Source of the DNA: Candidatus Proruminimicrobium quisquiliarum
GTDB lineage: Bacteria > Elusimicrobiota > Endomicrobiia > Endomicrobiales > Endomicrobiaceae
Assembly: GCA_018433245.1 (NCBI GenBank)
Contig: JAHDRN010000019.1
Coordinates: forward strand, 3,622 to 67,621
Length of the DNA stretch: 64,000 nt
Reading direction: 5' to 3'
In this document: one piece after another, positions 39,139 through 48,721 of the stretch
Layout: each line of letters begins with the position of its first letter
How positions within the stretch are numbered: position 1 is the first letter of the stretch
Position numbers and translations under genes: made by a program
Notes under the pieces: generated by a model
Databases searched by the model: none
The model's input: the letters and a program-made list of their open reading frames with translations, nothing else
What the model was told of the DNA's origin: nothing

Positions 39139-40002
39139 ATGAAAAGAAAATTAACGTTTGTCGTACTGTCATTAGTATGTTTAGTCTTTACATTCAGCGC
39201 CGTAAGTTTGGCAAAAACCCAAACGGCAATCTCAAAAGACGGAGTAGCCGTTTCTTATTCGGTTTACGGAAAAGGCGACACTGCTTTAGTATTTATCCCG
39301 GGATGGAGCTGCAACAGTTCCGTTTGGAAAAACCAAGTTCCTTATTTTTCAAAAAAATATCGTGTAGTAACTTTAGATTTAGCAGGTCACGGCAAATCCG
39401 GAAAAGAAAGAACCGTTTACTCAATGGAATCGTTCGGGCAGGATGTCGCCGCCGTAGTTAAAAAAATAAATGCGCAAAAGGTTATTCTTATAGGCCATTC
39501 CATGGGCGGTTATGTTATTATTGAAACAGCAAAAATTATTCCTGATAATGTTATTGCATTGGTAGGTATAGACACTATACAAAATTTAGAAGAGGCATAT
39601 ACTCCCGAACAAGTTGTAGAATTTGTAAAACCTTTTAAAGCCGATTTTAAAAAGACTACGGATTCTTTTGTAAGAGGAATGTTTGTAAAAGGAACTGATC
39701 CAAAACTTGTTAATGAAATTGTTGATATGATGTCTAACGCGTCTCCGGCCGTCGGCGTCAGCGCTATGGAAAATATGTTTTCAACATCTTATGTGACAAA
39801 TCCTCCGAATATAAAAACTCCCGTTTGGTGTTTAAACGCCGATTTATGGCCGACTAACGCTGAAATTAACCGTAAATACGTTACGGAATTTAATCTTCGT
39901 TTAATGCCGGGCCTCGGACATTTTATCATGTTGGAAAAACCGGATGAATTCAATAAACAGCTTGATGAAATAATAAAAGAAATTCTAAACAGAAGCAAAT
40001 AA
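39139..40002 (+). CDS. secreted alpha/beta hydrolase
   Basis: Signal peptide, nucleophile elbow GHSMGG and a C-terminal GH. Start at ATG 39139 with AAGGAG upstream. Confidence 0.8.
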   Translation: MKRKLTFVVLSLVCLVFTFSAVSLAKTQTAISKDGVAVSYSVYGKGDTALVFIPGWSCNSSVWKNQVPYFSKKYRVVTLDLAGHGKSGKERTVYSMESFGQDVAAVVKKINAQKVILIGHSMGGYVIIETAKIIPDNVIALVGIDTIQNLEEAYTPEQVVEFVKPFKADFKKTTDSFVRGMFVKGTDPKLVNEIVDMMSNASPAVGVSAMENMFSTSYVTNPPNIKTPVWCLNADLWPTNAEINRKYVTEFNLRLMPGLGHFIMLEKPDEFNKQLDEIIKEILNRSK

Positions 40003-40443
40003 ATGGAAACTGAAACCGGCAGAATCACCGATTCAGATAGTTTTCCCGATGATAAAAAAATTAAAGATTGGATAGGCGCCGAAGCCTTTGCATACTGGCG
40101 GGAACTTGAAGGCTGGATAAACCAAAAATATCCTGAAATATTCAATCCGCAATGGTTATACGGCGGAAAAAAACACGGCTGGGCGTTACGATATAAAAAA
40201 AACAAATCATTCTGTACTTTTGTTCCGGAAAGAAACCGTTTTAAACTTTTAATTGTTTTCGGAGCCGAAGAAAGAGAAAAAACCGAAAAAATTATTAATA
40301 CTCTGTCAGCCGGCACGCAAAACGAATACAGAAAAGCCGAGACTTACCATGACGGCAAATGGCTGCTTTTAACGGTTGACAGAGTTAAAATTATTGAAGA
40401 TATAAAAATTCTTCTTGTTTTAAAAAGAAAACCTGAATTTTAA
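40003..40443 (+). CDS. DUF3788-like protein
   Basis: WGW.LRYKK..K..C pattern recalled from DUF3788; unverified. Confidence 0.5.
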   Translation: METETGRITDSDSFPDDKKIKDWIGAEAFAYWRELEGWINQKYPEIFNPQWLYGGKKHGWALRYKKNKSFCTFVPERNRFKLLIVFGAEEREKTEKIINTLSAGTQNEYRKAETYHDGKWLLLTVDRVKIIEDIKILLVLKRKPEF

Positions 40444-40489
40444 AACAGTTATTAAAAATTTTTATTTTATATTGCCGTAATCTTATATC

Positions 40490-40555
40490 AATTAGATAAT
40501 CTAATTTATTAAATTAGATAGATGACTTGACAAAGTTATATAATTTTATTACAAT
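40490..40555 (+). promoter_or_regulatory. palindromic operator plus sigma-70 promoter upstream of the MerR-like gene
   Basis: AATTAGAT-A-ATCTAATT perfect 17 bp palindrome (40490-40506), with a half-site repeat AAATTAGATAG downstream. TTGACA (40527-40532), 17 nt spacer, TACAAT (40550-40555). Confidence 0.55.
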
Positions 40556-40585
40556 CACATTGAATATTAATTTGAAACGGGCTTT

Positions 40586-40864
40586 ATGAAGAAAAAAATA
40601 AACGTAAAAAAAATAATAATTGAATATGACGAACCTGTTTACGGAATGAGCGTCGTATGCAGATTGATAAAGATACCGGAATGGACTTTAAGAATGCTTG
40701 ATAAAAATAAAATAGTAATTCCTCATAAAAGCCAAGGAAAAACAAGATTGTATTCTCACAAAGATTTGGATAGATTGCAATATATTCATGATATTATGGA
40801 AGAAAAAAATTTGGATATAAGAGATTTAAAAGTTTTAATGAAATTTTCAAATTTATTTGACTGA
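40586..40864 (+). CDS. MerR-family HTH protein (HspR-like, heat-shock context)
   Basis: MerR-type HTH (YGMSVVCRLIKIPEWTLRMLDK...LYSHKDLDRLQYI) directly upstream of three Hsp20 genes. Confidence 0.65.
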   Translation: MKKKINVKKIIIEYDEPVYGMSVVCRLIKIPEWTLRMLDKNKIVIPHKSQGKTRLYSHKDLDRLQYIHDIMEEKNLDIRDLKVLMKFSNLFD

Positions 40865-40890
40865 CGGCATATATTTTTTTGCCTTTGTAA

Positions 40891-40917
40891 TTGGCACTCT
40901 TTCACGCAAAGTGCTAA
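40891..40917. promoter_or_regulatory. CIRCE-like inverted repeat (HrcA operator type)
   Basis: TTGGCACTC-N9-AAGTGCTAA versus the CIRCE consensus TTAGCACTC-N9-GAGTGCTAA (16 of 18 arm positions), 75 nt upstream of the first hsp20. Confidence 0.7.
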
Positions 40918-40993
40918 TTATAAATAAAATAAAGAAAACAGAAAGAGAGCCCGGTATAATTTTAAGCGGTAAAAGAAACAGGAGGTATTTATT

Positions 40994-41452
40994 ATGACAA
41001 ACTTAATCCCTTGGAGAAAAAAAGAAAAAGCCGGCGATTTGGCGAACATTCAAAACGAAATAAACAGATTGTTCAACACGTATCTATCGCACTGGTTTGA
41101 TACTGATGATTTGCTTGAATCGGCATGGAGTCCCGCAATAGACGTTAAAGAATCAAAAGATGATGTGGTTATAGTCGCGGATATTCCAGGCGTAAACAAA
41201 GAAGACATAGAAGTATCCGTACACGGAGACATTTTGACGATCAAAGGAGAAAAAAAGCAGGAAACGCAGGAAAAAGGAAAAGATTTTATCCACACGGAAA
41301 GATTTTACGGAAGTTTCAGCAAATCAATAAGTCTGCCGTGCGAAACGGATATTTCAAAAGCGGATACGAATTATAAAGACGGCGTACTTAAAATAGTTCT
41401 TCCTAAAAAAGAAGAAGCTAAAACTAAACAAATACAAATAAAAGTCAGATAA
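40994..41452 (+). CDS. Hsp20/alpha-crystallin small heat shock protein
   Basis: ACD pattern P.IDV.E..D..V..ADIPGV.KEDI.V.V....L.I.GE...E......ER.YG.F.R...LP...D......A.Y.DGVL.I.LPK. Confidence 0.9.
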   Translation: MTNLIPWRKKEKAGDLANIQNEINRLFNTYLSHWFDTDDLLESAWSPAIDVKESKDDVVIVADIPGVNKEDIEVSVHGDILTIKGEKKQETQEKGKDFIHTERFYGSFSKSISLPCETDISKADTNYKDGVLKIVLPKKEEAKTKQIQIKVR

Positions 41453-41498
41453 TATACAGCCGGTCTCTTTCTGGGAAAAAATTTTAAAGGAGAAAAAA

Positions 41499-41852
41499 AT
41501 GAATAATTTAAATTTACAAGACATTTACGAAAGTCCCGCAGCCGATATACATGAATCGGAAAAAGACATATGCATGTTTTTGGAAATGCCGGGAATAGCA
41601 AAAGAAAACATAAACGTTGAGTTCGGACAGGACGAACTGACAATATCCGGAAAAAAATCCGCAACCGAAGAATGCTGCGGACAGCATCATATTCTTTTCA
41701 AAGAACGCGGCGCAGGTAATTATTACAGAAAATTTAAACTTAACGTAAACATAGACAAAGATAAAACGGAAGCCGATTATAAGGACGGCATACTTAAAAT
41801 AACAATGCCGAAAAGCGAAGAATTAAAGTCCAAAAAGATAGAAATAAAATAA
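41499..41852 (+). CDS. Hsp20 family small heat shock protein (short)
   Basis: ACD motifs LEMPGIAKENINVEF..DELTISGK and ADYKDGILKITMPK. Confidence 0.85.
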   Translation: MNNLNLQDIYESPAADIHESEKDICMFLEMPGIAKENINVEFGQDELTISGKKSATEECCGQHHILFKERGAGNYYRKFKLNVNIDKDKTEADYKDGILKITMPKSEELKSKKIEIK

Positions 41853-41890
41853 TATTTTTAAAAATTAACTATTTTTAGGAGGAAAATTTT

Positions 41891-42490
41891 ATGTTTAAAA
41901 AAGTTTCGGTTAAAAAAATGTTTTTGGCCGCATTTGCCGCATTTTTTATTTTTCAGGCCGGCGCTTATGCTTCTAAAAACGCCGCAAACGGGATTGAAGA
42001 CTTAAAAAAACAGGTTGAACTTTTACAAAAACAAATAACGGCTCTGGAAAAAGAAAATACAGCGCTTAAAAATAATTCAGGAATATGGAATCCTTTTGCG
42101 GAAGTTGCAAGAATGCAGGCGACTATGGATTCTCTTTTTCAGAATTCATTAAAACAAAACAATGAGTCAAACGGAATTTTGTTCACCAATACGATCAATT
42201 ATGACGATACTTTTAAAATGAAAAACGAAAAAGACAAATATGTAATACAATTTGACGTAAAAGATTTTAACAAAGAAAAAATAAGCGTAAACATAAACGA
42301 TACTTCAATAACTTTAAAAGGCGAAAAATCTTACGAAAAAACCGAAGAAAAATCCAAGGACAGTTACATTAAATCAAAAAGTTTTGAATCGTTTATGAAA
42401 ACTTTGCCCATACCTGCTGACGTCGACAAACAAAAAATCAAGTATGAACTGGCGGAAAACACTCTTACTGTCACTCTGCCCAAAAAATAA
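41891..42490 (+). CDS. exported Hsp20/ACD-domain protein with an N-terminal coiled coil
   Basis: Signal peptide ending AYA/S. Heptad-like KKQVELLQKQITALEKENTALK. ACD-like C-terminal half (ISVNINDTSITLKGEK...YELAENTLTVTLPKK). Confidence 0.7.
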   Translation: MFKKVSVKKMFLAAFAAFFIFQAGAYASKNAANGIEDLKKQVELLQKQITALEKENTALKNNSGIWNPFAEVARMQATMDSLFQNSLKQNNESNGILFTNTINYDDTFKMKNEKDKYVIQFDVKDFNKEKISVNINDTSITLKGEKSYEKTEEKSKDSYIKSKSFESFMKTLPIPADVDKQKIKYELAENTLTVTLPKK

Positions 42491-42510
42491 AAATCTTTAT
42501 CGGCAAAAAC

Positions 42511-42545
42511 ATCCGGTTTTACGACGACAAATCGTAAAGCCGGAT
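42511..42545. terminator. bidirectional terminator between convergent genes
   Basis: 14 bp stem ATCCGGTTTTACGA / TCGTAAAGCCGGAT (one G-U pair) with a 7 nt loop. Confidence 0.65.
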
Positions 42546-42554
42546 ACGGCATAG

Positions 42555-43991
42555 CTATACTGTATCTAAACGGCAAATTTTTATTTTCTTATTTTCCGCC
42601 ATATAAATATCATTTATTCCTATTTTTTTTATAAATTCAGGTTCATGAGAAACAATAAGAAGGCTTCCGGGATATACCGAAAGAATTTGCGCAATATGTT
42701 CTTTTGTAAGCAGATCAAGGTTATTGGTTATTTCGTCAAGAATTAAAAGCTGAGGCACTCTGCACGCAATGGCGGCAAGGGAAATCCTTGCTTTTTCCCC
42801 TCCTGACAGCAGCGGTATTTTTTCATTTACTTCCTCATTTTTTCTGAACAGAAAATCATTAAGATGTTTTCTTATTTGGGCATTCGTCCATTGAGGCGCT
42901 ATATATGAAATAAATTCTATTACAGTTTTATTAAAATCAAGATTTGAATAATGCTGGTCAAGATATCCTATATTTTCTTTTTTTGGAACTATCCATACGC
43001 CGTTTTTTAATACGTTCCTATCGTCTGTTAAAGCCCTTAGAAGCGTAGTTTTTCCCGAAGCGTTTCTTCCGATAAGAGCGGCTTTTTGTCCCGCGGCTAT
43101 TGCAATGTTTATATCGCTAAGAACTTCGTTGTTTTCATATCCCGCAGAGCCTTGTGATACCGAAAGATTAAAAGAGACCGAAGAAGAATTCAAATAAAAA
43201 GAAGGCGTTATCTCTTCGCTGATTTCCAATGATTTAAGCCGTTCGTTGATATCATATCTGCGCTGCGAAATTTCGCTTTTTTGTTTCCCTGCCGATACCT
43301 CTGCGCCGCTTTTTTTAATTCCTGCCGCAATAGGCGCCCATTTTGCTTCTTCTCTTTTTTTCTCGCCGCCTTTGCGGCTTTTTGAAGCGCGTTCCTGCTG
43401 TTTCATAAGTTTTTTATGCGCGGATTTTTTCTCTCTTTCAAGCATTTTCTTTTCTTCCTCAAGAGAGTTTTTTGTCAAGGCCGCGTTTATTTTGTAATCG
43501 CGGTATTTGCCGTTAAAAATTTTTATTTTGCCGCCTTCTATATGCCATAAAATATCGGCGTTTTTGTTTAACAATTCCTCATCGTGCGATACAATCAGCA
43601 AAGCGCCTTTAAACCTCTCAAGCATTCCCATAAGAGATTTTCTGTTGTAAATATCAAGATGGTTTGTAGGTTCGTCAAGAATAAGCAAATCGGGATTTTT
43701 AGACAAAGCCAGGCTTAATTCTTTGTTAAAACGCTGCCCGCCGCTTAACTGCGGATAACTTTCTATCGTCTGCGGAACATAACCGGTTATAATGCCGTCA
43801 GGAATATATATTTCTCCTTCCAGTATGTTTGCGCAGCCTGCAATCGCTTTTACAAGCGCGGTTTTTCCGCTGCCGTTATTTCCTATAACGGCTATTCTGT
43901 CGCCGTAATTAATTACGGCGCTGAAATTTTGAAAACATATTTTATGATTAAATGTTAATGAAATATTTTCTAATTTGATTGGTTTGGGCAT
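42555..43991 (-). CDS. ABC-F family ATPase (two NBDs, no membrane domain)
   Basis: Two Walker A motifs (GNNGSGKT, GRNASGKT), two signatures (LSGGQ, LSGGE) and a K/E-rich inter-domain linker. Confidence 0.85.
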   Translation of the reverse strand: MPKPIKLENISLTFNHKICFQNFSAVINYGDRIAVIGNNGSGKTALVKAIAGCANILEGEIYIPDGIITGYVPQTIESYPQLSGGQRFNKELSLALSKNPDLLILDEPTNHLDIYNRKSLMGMLERFKGALLIVSHDEELLNKNADILWHIEGGKIKIFNGKYRDYKINAALTKNSLEEEKKMLEREKKSAHKKLMKQQERASKSRKGGEKKREEAKWAPIAAGIKKSGAEVSAGKQKSEISQRRYDINERLKSLEISEEITPSFYLNSSSVSFNLSVSQGSAGYENNEVLSDINIAIAAGQKAALIGRNASGKTTLLRALTDDRNVLKNGVWIVPKKENIGYLDQHYSNLDFNKTVIEFISYIAPQWTNAQIRKHLNDFLFRKNEEVNEKIPLLSGGEKARISLAAIACRVPQLLILDEITNNLDLLTKEHIAQILSVYPGSLLIVSHEPEFIKKIGINDIYMAENKKIKICRLDTV

Positions 43992-44107
43992 AAATAACCT
44001 CCTGCTGTTGTTAATTTTTTAAAATTAAGAATAAAAGGTTATTTATTTTCCATAATGCGCAGGTTTTATAATTTAACGCCTGCAGGGATAATATATAAAA
44101 TTATTTA

Positions 44108-45151
44108 CTAAAATGGCAAATTATATTTGTTTTTAAATAAAGGGTTAAACATTCTCTTCATTTTACGGATATAAGAAAAAAAAGGACTGGACAAAAGGAT
44201 CAACGGTTTATATGAAAGTATTATATATAACAGCAGATGTTTTTTATTTAAAAAATATTTATATCCGGCGCTGCTTATATCAATGTTTTGAATATTCAGA
44301 TTTTTAAGATAATCTTCTTTGAATTTAATATCCGCAAACTGATAATAACCGCAGAATATATCCACTGCAAAATTTGCAAAACTTTTTTTAAAAAATTCAA
44401 AAGTATTGTCTTTAATTAAACTGTCTTTCAAAAGAACCAGAACTTCATAAAAAGACAACGGATATTTCATTCTTCTTGAAATTGCCGTTGCCGAAGTATC
44501 TACGTTTATTCTGTAAGTGCATAATGTTTTATTTAATACGGATATTCTTTCCGCTTTTGTCAAAGGATAAGCGGCAAAAAAAGAATCGTCATGGATTTTT
44601 GTAGTCTGAAATAAAAATTTATTTTCTTTTACAAACGACGCTTTATAAAGCTTGTCCCAGCACCAGTTAATATCTATCTGGAATATATAGTCCGCAACGT
44701 CTGTTGGCGAAAACACTTCTTTATCGGGCAGAATTTCAAAATTTATGTTTTCTATTTCTTTAACAACTTTCGTTTTATTATCAAAAGTTCTTCCTTTGCA
44801 AAATATTATGTCGGTATCATGTTTTACGGCATGGTTATACATAATTTCAAACATATCCAAATCAAAAAAATCGTCGCAGTCAAGAATAGACAAGTAATCG
44901 CCTGAAGCATGCGCCAAACCGTTATTTCTTGCTTCGGCTGCGCCTGAATTTTTCTGATTGATAACTTTTATTCTTGAATCTTTTTGCGCGTATTGTTCAA
45001 GAATCGCAAGCGATTTGTCGGTTGAGCCGTCATTGACGCATATTATTTCAAAATCTTTAAAAGTCTGGTTTAGAAGGCTGTCCAGACATTGGCTAATATA
45101 TTTTTCGCCGTTATAAACAGGGATAATTACCGAAATTTTGGGATTATTCAT
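44108..45151 (-). CDS. glycosyltransferase family 2
   Basis: ISVIIPVYNGEKYISQCLDSLLNQT...ICVNDGSTD...DCDD. Confidence 0.88.
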   Translation of the reverse strand: MNNPKISVIIPVYNGEKYISQCLDSLLNQTFKDFEIICVNDGSTDKSLAILEQYAQKDSRIKVINQKNSGAAEARNNGLAHASGDYLSILDCDDFFDLDMFEIMYNHAVKHDTDIIFCKGRTFDNKTKVVKEIENINFEILPDKEVFSPTDVADYIFQIDINWCWDKLYKASFVKENKFLFQTTKIHDDSFFAAYPLTKAERISVLNKTLCTYRINVDTSATAISRRMKYPLSFYEVLVLLKDSLIKDNTFEFFKKSFANFAVDIFCGYYQFADIKFKEDYLKNLNIQNIDISSAGYKYFLNKKHLLLYIILSYKPLILLSSPFFSYIRKMKRMFNPLFKNKYNLPF

Positions 45152-45213
45152 TTACGGGGTATTATATCAAATATCAAAAAACATTTATAAATAAAGCGTT
45201 ATTTAAAAAGATA

Positions 45214-45264
45214 TTGACAAATTTCACAAACAATATTATAATTCTTACACAGATATGTAAGAAT
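45214..45264 (+). promoter_or_regulatory. sigma-70 promoter overlapped by a probable TetR operator
   Basis: TTGACA (45214-45219), 17 nt spacer, TATAAT (45237-45242). Inverted repeat ATTCTTACA-N6-TGTAAGAAT (45241-45264) overlaps the -10/+1 region. Confidence 0.65.
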
Positions 45265-45278
45265 TACGGGGAGGCATC

Positions 45279-45908
45279 ATGGCTAGAAAAGGCTCCGACG
45301 GCGATAAAAGAATAATAAAAGCAGCCATAGATCTGGCTCATAAAAAAGGCCTGTCGGGATTTTCGGTAAGAGAACTTTGCTCAAAAGCAAAAGTAAATTC
45401 CGGAATGTTTAACTATTATTTCAAAAAGAAGGAATATCTTAACGAATGCGTTTTAAAAACAATTTACGCGGATATGATAAAACAGATTGAATTAAACGTT
45501 TCCCCTTCAAAAAATCCGAAAGAAAACATAACGGAAATTTTATACGCTTTAAGCTCTTTTATAAAAAACAACAGGACTATAATTTCGGCATTTGCCGGAG
45601 ACGTTTTAAGTTTAAACATAACGGATAAAAAAATATTCGGCAATTTTACCGCGCATCTTAAAGCTTTGGCTGAAGAATTATCAAAAGCAAAAAAACAAAA
45701 AATGCTTGTGACAAATTCCGTGACAAATGCAATTCTTATTCTTGTCGCGCCTTTTGTAATACCGCAGATGATACTGGGCACTCTTGAAAGAATGAATATA
45801 AACAAACCGATAGAACTATATGCCTTTAATTCCGGAGAATTTGATTCAACAACTGACGAAAGAATAAAAATCGCGGTAAACGCTGTTTTTAAAGAGAGGA
45901 TAAAATGA
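45279..45908 (+). CDS. TetR family transcriptional regulator
   Basis: N-terminal HTH (SGFSVRELCSKAKVNSGMFNYYF); first gene of the efflux operon. Confidence 0.8.
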   Translation: MARKGSDGDKRIIKAAIDLAHKKGLSGFSVRELCSKAKVNSGMFNYYFKKKEYLNECVLKTIYADMIKQIELNVSPSKNPKENITEILYALSSFIKNNRTIISAFAGDVLSLNITDKKIFGNFTAHLKALAEELSKAKKQKMLVTNSVTNAILILVAPFVIPQMILGTLERMNINKPIELYAFNSGEFDSTTDERIKIAVNAVFKERIK

Positions 45909-47239
45909 AAAAACTTTTTTTATTATTGCCGTGTCTGTTTTGTTATTGGCACGTTTATGCCGCGGATATTATAAAACTGACGCTTGAAACAGTTGAAAAA
46001 CAGGCTCTTGAATATTCGCCTAAAATCAAACAGGTTCAAAGCGCGGCGCAGGCTCAGGGCTATATCTCCGAAAGCTTTGGCGCATATCTTTATCCGGCGC
46101 TTACTCTTGACGCAAAAGGCGGATGGGTTTCGCAGATACCCGAACTTTCAATGGGTATGACAAAATTAAAATTCGGCGACAACTGGTCGTATTCGGCAGG
46201 CCCTACTCTTCAATATACCGTTTTTGACAATAACCGCAGAAAAGACAAAATAAAAAGCGAAACGGCGGTTTATAATTCAAAAATACGCGATTTTGAAGCC
46301 GTAAAAAAACAGGTTTTGCTTGACGCAAGGCGTTCTTATTTTAAAATACAGCGCGACCTTGAAAAAATATATTTTCTTTTTGAATATATGAAACTTACGC
46401 AAAAACAGCTCAAAGATATAAACTCGGCTTTTAAAACAGGCGTGAAAAATAAACGCGACGTTATAATGGCCGAAAAACAGTTTATTAAAGCAAAAATTTC
46501 AATAAGCGCCGCAAGAGCCGTTTTATCTCAGGATCTTTCGGAACTTTTTAAAATTACCGGAACGAATTTTTCAATAAATAACGATTATCCTTCCGATTAC
46601 AGAATAGAAACTGCAGAACTTGACGGAACGGCAAGCGCTTTGATTCAGTGCGACTCGCCTGACGATACTCTCGTAAAATTTACGCCCGTTGAAAATTTAA
46701 ACTTTGACTCCGAGCAGGCAAAACTTGTTTCTTATGACGAACTTGTAAAATCATACGAATATTTAAGCGCTTATTATAAATCGGAATTGTATCCTAAAAT
46801 CAATCTTGCGGCAGGCACTTATTTTGAATATACCAACGGTCCGATAACCGAAAGCGTATTTCAAACAAGAGCAAACGCCGCAATAAGCATGCCTCTGTTT
46901 GAAAAATCAAAAAACAAAAAATTGTCTCAGGCGCAAAAATCGGCGGCAGAGTCGGTCTCGGCGCAAAAACAGGATATGTCCGAAACGTTAAAAAGCCTTT
47001 TTGAGTTTTCAAAAAGAAGGCTTTATTCTTTAAACATAGAAAATAATCTTACCGAAAAAATGATAGAAGACTCAAAAACGGCTGTAAAACTTACTTACGA
47101 CGCATATAACGCGGGGTCCGTAACGTTTTTGGAAGTGCAGAACGCAAACATTGATTTGCTTTCGGCGCAGACGGAACTTTCAAATTTAAAAATAGAAAAA
47201 CTCAATTGTCTTGCCGTAATGGACAATTTAGGAAAATGA
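45905..47239 (+). CDS. TolC-family outer membrane efflux protein
   Basis: Signal peptide and two OEP repeats; operon context. Confidence 0.8.
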   Translation: MKKLFLLLPCLFCYWHVYAADIIKLTLETVEKQALEYSPKIKQVQSAAQAQGYISESFGAYLYPALTLDAKGGWVSQIPELSMGMTKLKFGDNWSYSAGPTLQYTVFDNNRRKDKIKSETAVYNSKIRDFEAVKKQVLLDARRSYFKIQRDLEKIYFLFEYMKLTQKQLKDINSAFKTGVKNKRDVIMAEKQFIKAKISISAARAVLSQDLSELFKITGTNFSINNDYPSDYRIETAELDGTASALIQCDSPDDTLVKFTPVENLNFDSEQAKLVSYDELVKSYEYLSAYYKSELYPKINLAAGTYFEYTNGPITESVFQTRANAAISMPLFEKSKNKKLSQAQKSAAESVSAQKQDMSETLKSLFEFSKRRLYSLNIENNLTEKMIEDSKTAVKLTYDAYNAGSVTFLEVQNANIDLLSAQTELSNLKIEKLNCLAVMDNLGK

Positions 47240-47246
47240 GGTTAAT

Positions 47247-47978
47247 ATGAAAAAACAAAAAATTATGCTGGCGGTTATTTTTATCGTAACGCTTGTTATG
47301 CTTGCTCTTATTTTTATAAGACGCGAAAATTTTGCTTACAGCGGAGTGATTGAAGCCGTTGAAGTTGACGTCTCGTCAAGAATGCCCGATATCATTTCAA
47401 AAATAAACGTTGACGAGGGAAGCGTTGTAAAAAAAGACCAGATTTTAGCCGTTCTTGAAAACAAAGAAACTAATCTTGCTTACGAGATAAGTTTAAAAGA
47501 ATTTAAACGAGCCGAGCAGCTTTTAAAAACATCGGCAGGATCTGAGGAAAATTACGATTTGAAAAAAAACAGATACCAGCAGGCTTTGATAAAAAAAGAG
47601 TGGGGCGAGATAAAAAGCCCGATAGACGGCAAAGTATTGTACAAATATTATGAAGCAGGCGAATTTGTTCCTGCCGGAAGAAAAATACTTACTATTGCCG
47701 ACTTAAAAAAAGTAAACGCATGGATATATGTTGAGCATGATAAACTTGCAGAGCTTTCAATAGGACAGGAAGTTATCGGTTATCTTCCCGAATCCGAACA
47801 GACGTTTAAAGGAACTATTACGGTTATAAACGATGAGGCGGAGTTTACTCCCAAAAACGTGCAGACAAAACAGGAAAGAACAAGACTTGTTTACGGAGTA
47901 AAAGTTTCATTTGAAAACGACGATAAATTTACTCTTAAACCGGGAATGACCGTTGAAGCCGATTTCGGCAAAAAATAA
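47247..47978 (+). CDS. HlyD-family membrane fusion protein (short)
   Basis: TM anchor, lipoyl-like hairpin (GSVVKKDQILAVLE ... SPIDGKV) and C-terminal beta-barrel motif LKPGMTVEA. Confidence 0.8.
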   Translation: MKKQKIMLAVIFIVTLVMLALIFIRRENFAYSGVIEAVEVDVSSRMPDIISKINVDEGSVVKKDQILAVLENKETNLAYEISLKEFKRAEQLLKTSAGSEENYDLKKNRYQQALIKKEWGEIKSPIDGKVLYKYYEAGEFVPAGRKILTIADLKKVNAWIYVEHDKLAELSIGQEVIGYLPESEQTFKGTITVINDEAEFTPKNVQTKQERTRLVYGVKVSFENDDKFTLKPGMTVEADFGKK

Positions 47979-47995
47979 ATTTAAACGGAGCAAAA

Positions 47996-48721
47996 ATGCC
48001 CGCTTTGGAAGTTTCATTTAATAATGTCAGTAAAAAAATGGCTGACGCCCAAGCCTTAAAAAACGTATCCGCCGAGCTAAAAAGCGGACAGATTAACGGC
48101 ATAATAGGGCCTAACGGAGCCGGCAAAACTACGTTTATAAGGCTTACTGCAACGCTTCTTACTCCTGATTCGGGAAATATAGTTTATTTTGAAAATAAAA
48201 TAAAAAAAAGCGCTTACCAGATAAAAAACGATACTGGCTATTTTCCTCAGGAACCAAGTTTATATGCCGATTTAAGCTGCATTGAAAACATGGAATTTTT
48301 CAGAGATTTATACGGTATAACAAATAAAGAATTTAAAGCAAGAAGCGAAGAACTTTTTTCGGCAACCGCAATGGCTCCGTTTAAAGACAGGCCTGCCGGA
48401 AAACTGTCAGGCGGAATGTATAAAAAACTCGGGCTGATGTGCGTTCTTTTAAACCGCCCTAAACTGCTTTTATTGGACGAACCGACTGTCGGCGTTGATC
48501 CTTTAAGCAGACAGGAATTATGGACGCTTATAAACAAATTTGCCGGGCAAGATATGACCGTAGTAATTACAACGTCATATATGGAAGAAGCGTTAAGATG
48601 TTCAAACGTCATAGCGCTTGATGAAGGAAACCTTATAATACAGGATAATCCCCAGAATATAATGAAAAAATTTAATTTAAAAAATTTTGCAGATATATTT
48701 TTATTAAAAAACAATGAATAA
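47996..48721 (+). CDS. ABC transporter ATP-binding protein (YbhF-like, first half)
   Basis: Walker A GPNGAGKTT, LSGGMYKK, LLLLDEPT. Confidence 0.85.
   Translation: MPALEVSFNNVSKKMADAQALKNVSAELKSGQINGIIGPNGAGKTTFIRLTATLLTPDSGNIVYFENKIKKSAYQIKNDTGYFPQEPSLYADLSCIENMEFFRDLYGITNKEFKARSEELFSATAMAPFKDRPAGKLSGGMYKKLGLMCVLLNRPKLLLLDEPTVGVDPLSRQELWTLINKFAGQDMTVVITTSYMEEALRCSNVIALDEGNLIIQDNPQNIMKKFNLKNFADIFLLKNNE

Noticed and set aside
36997-40316. Antisense ORFs of 175-185 aa (36997-37554, 38201-38746, 39789-40316), and similarly 48247-48714
   Set aside because: Each overlaps plus-strand genes that have clear family motifs. Their translations are low complexity, and 38201-38746 is the Ala/Pro-rich mirror of the ZIP transporter.
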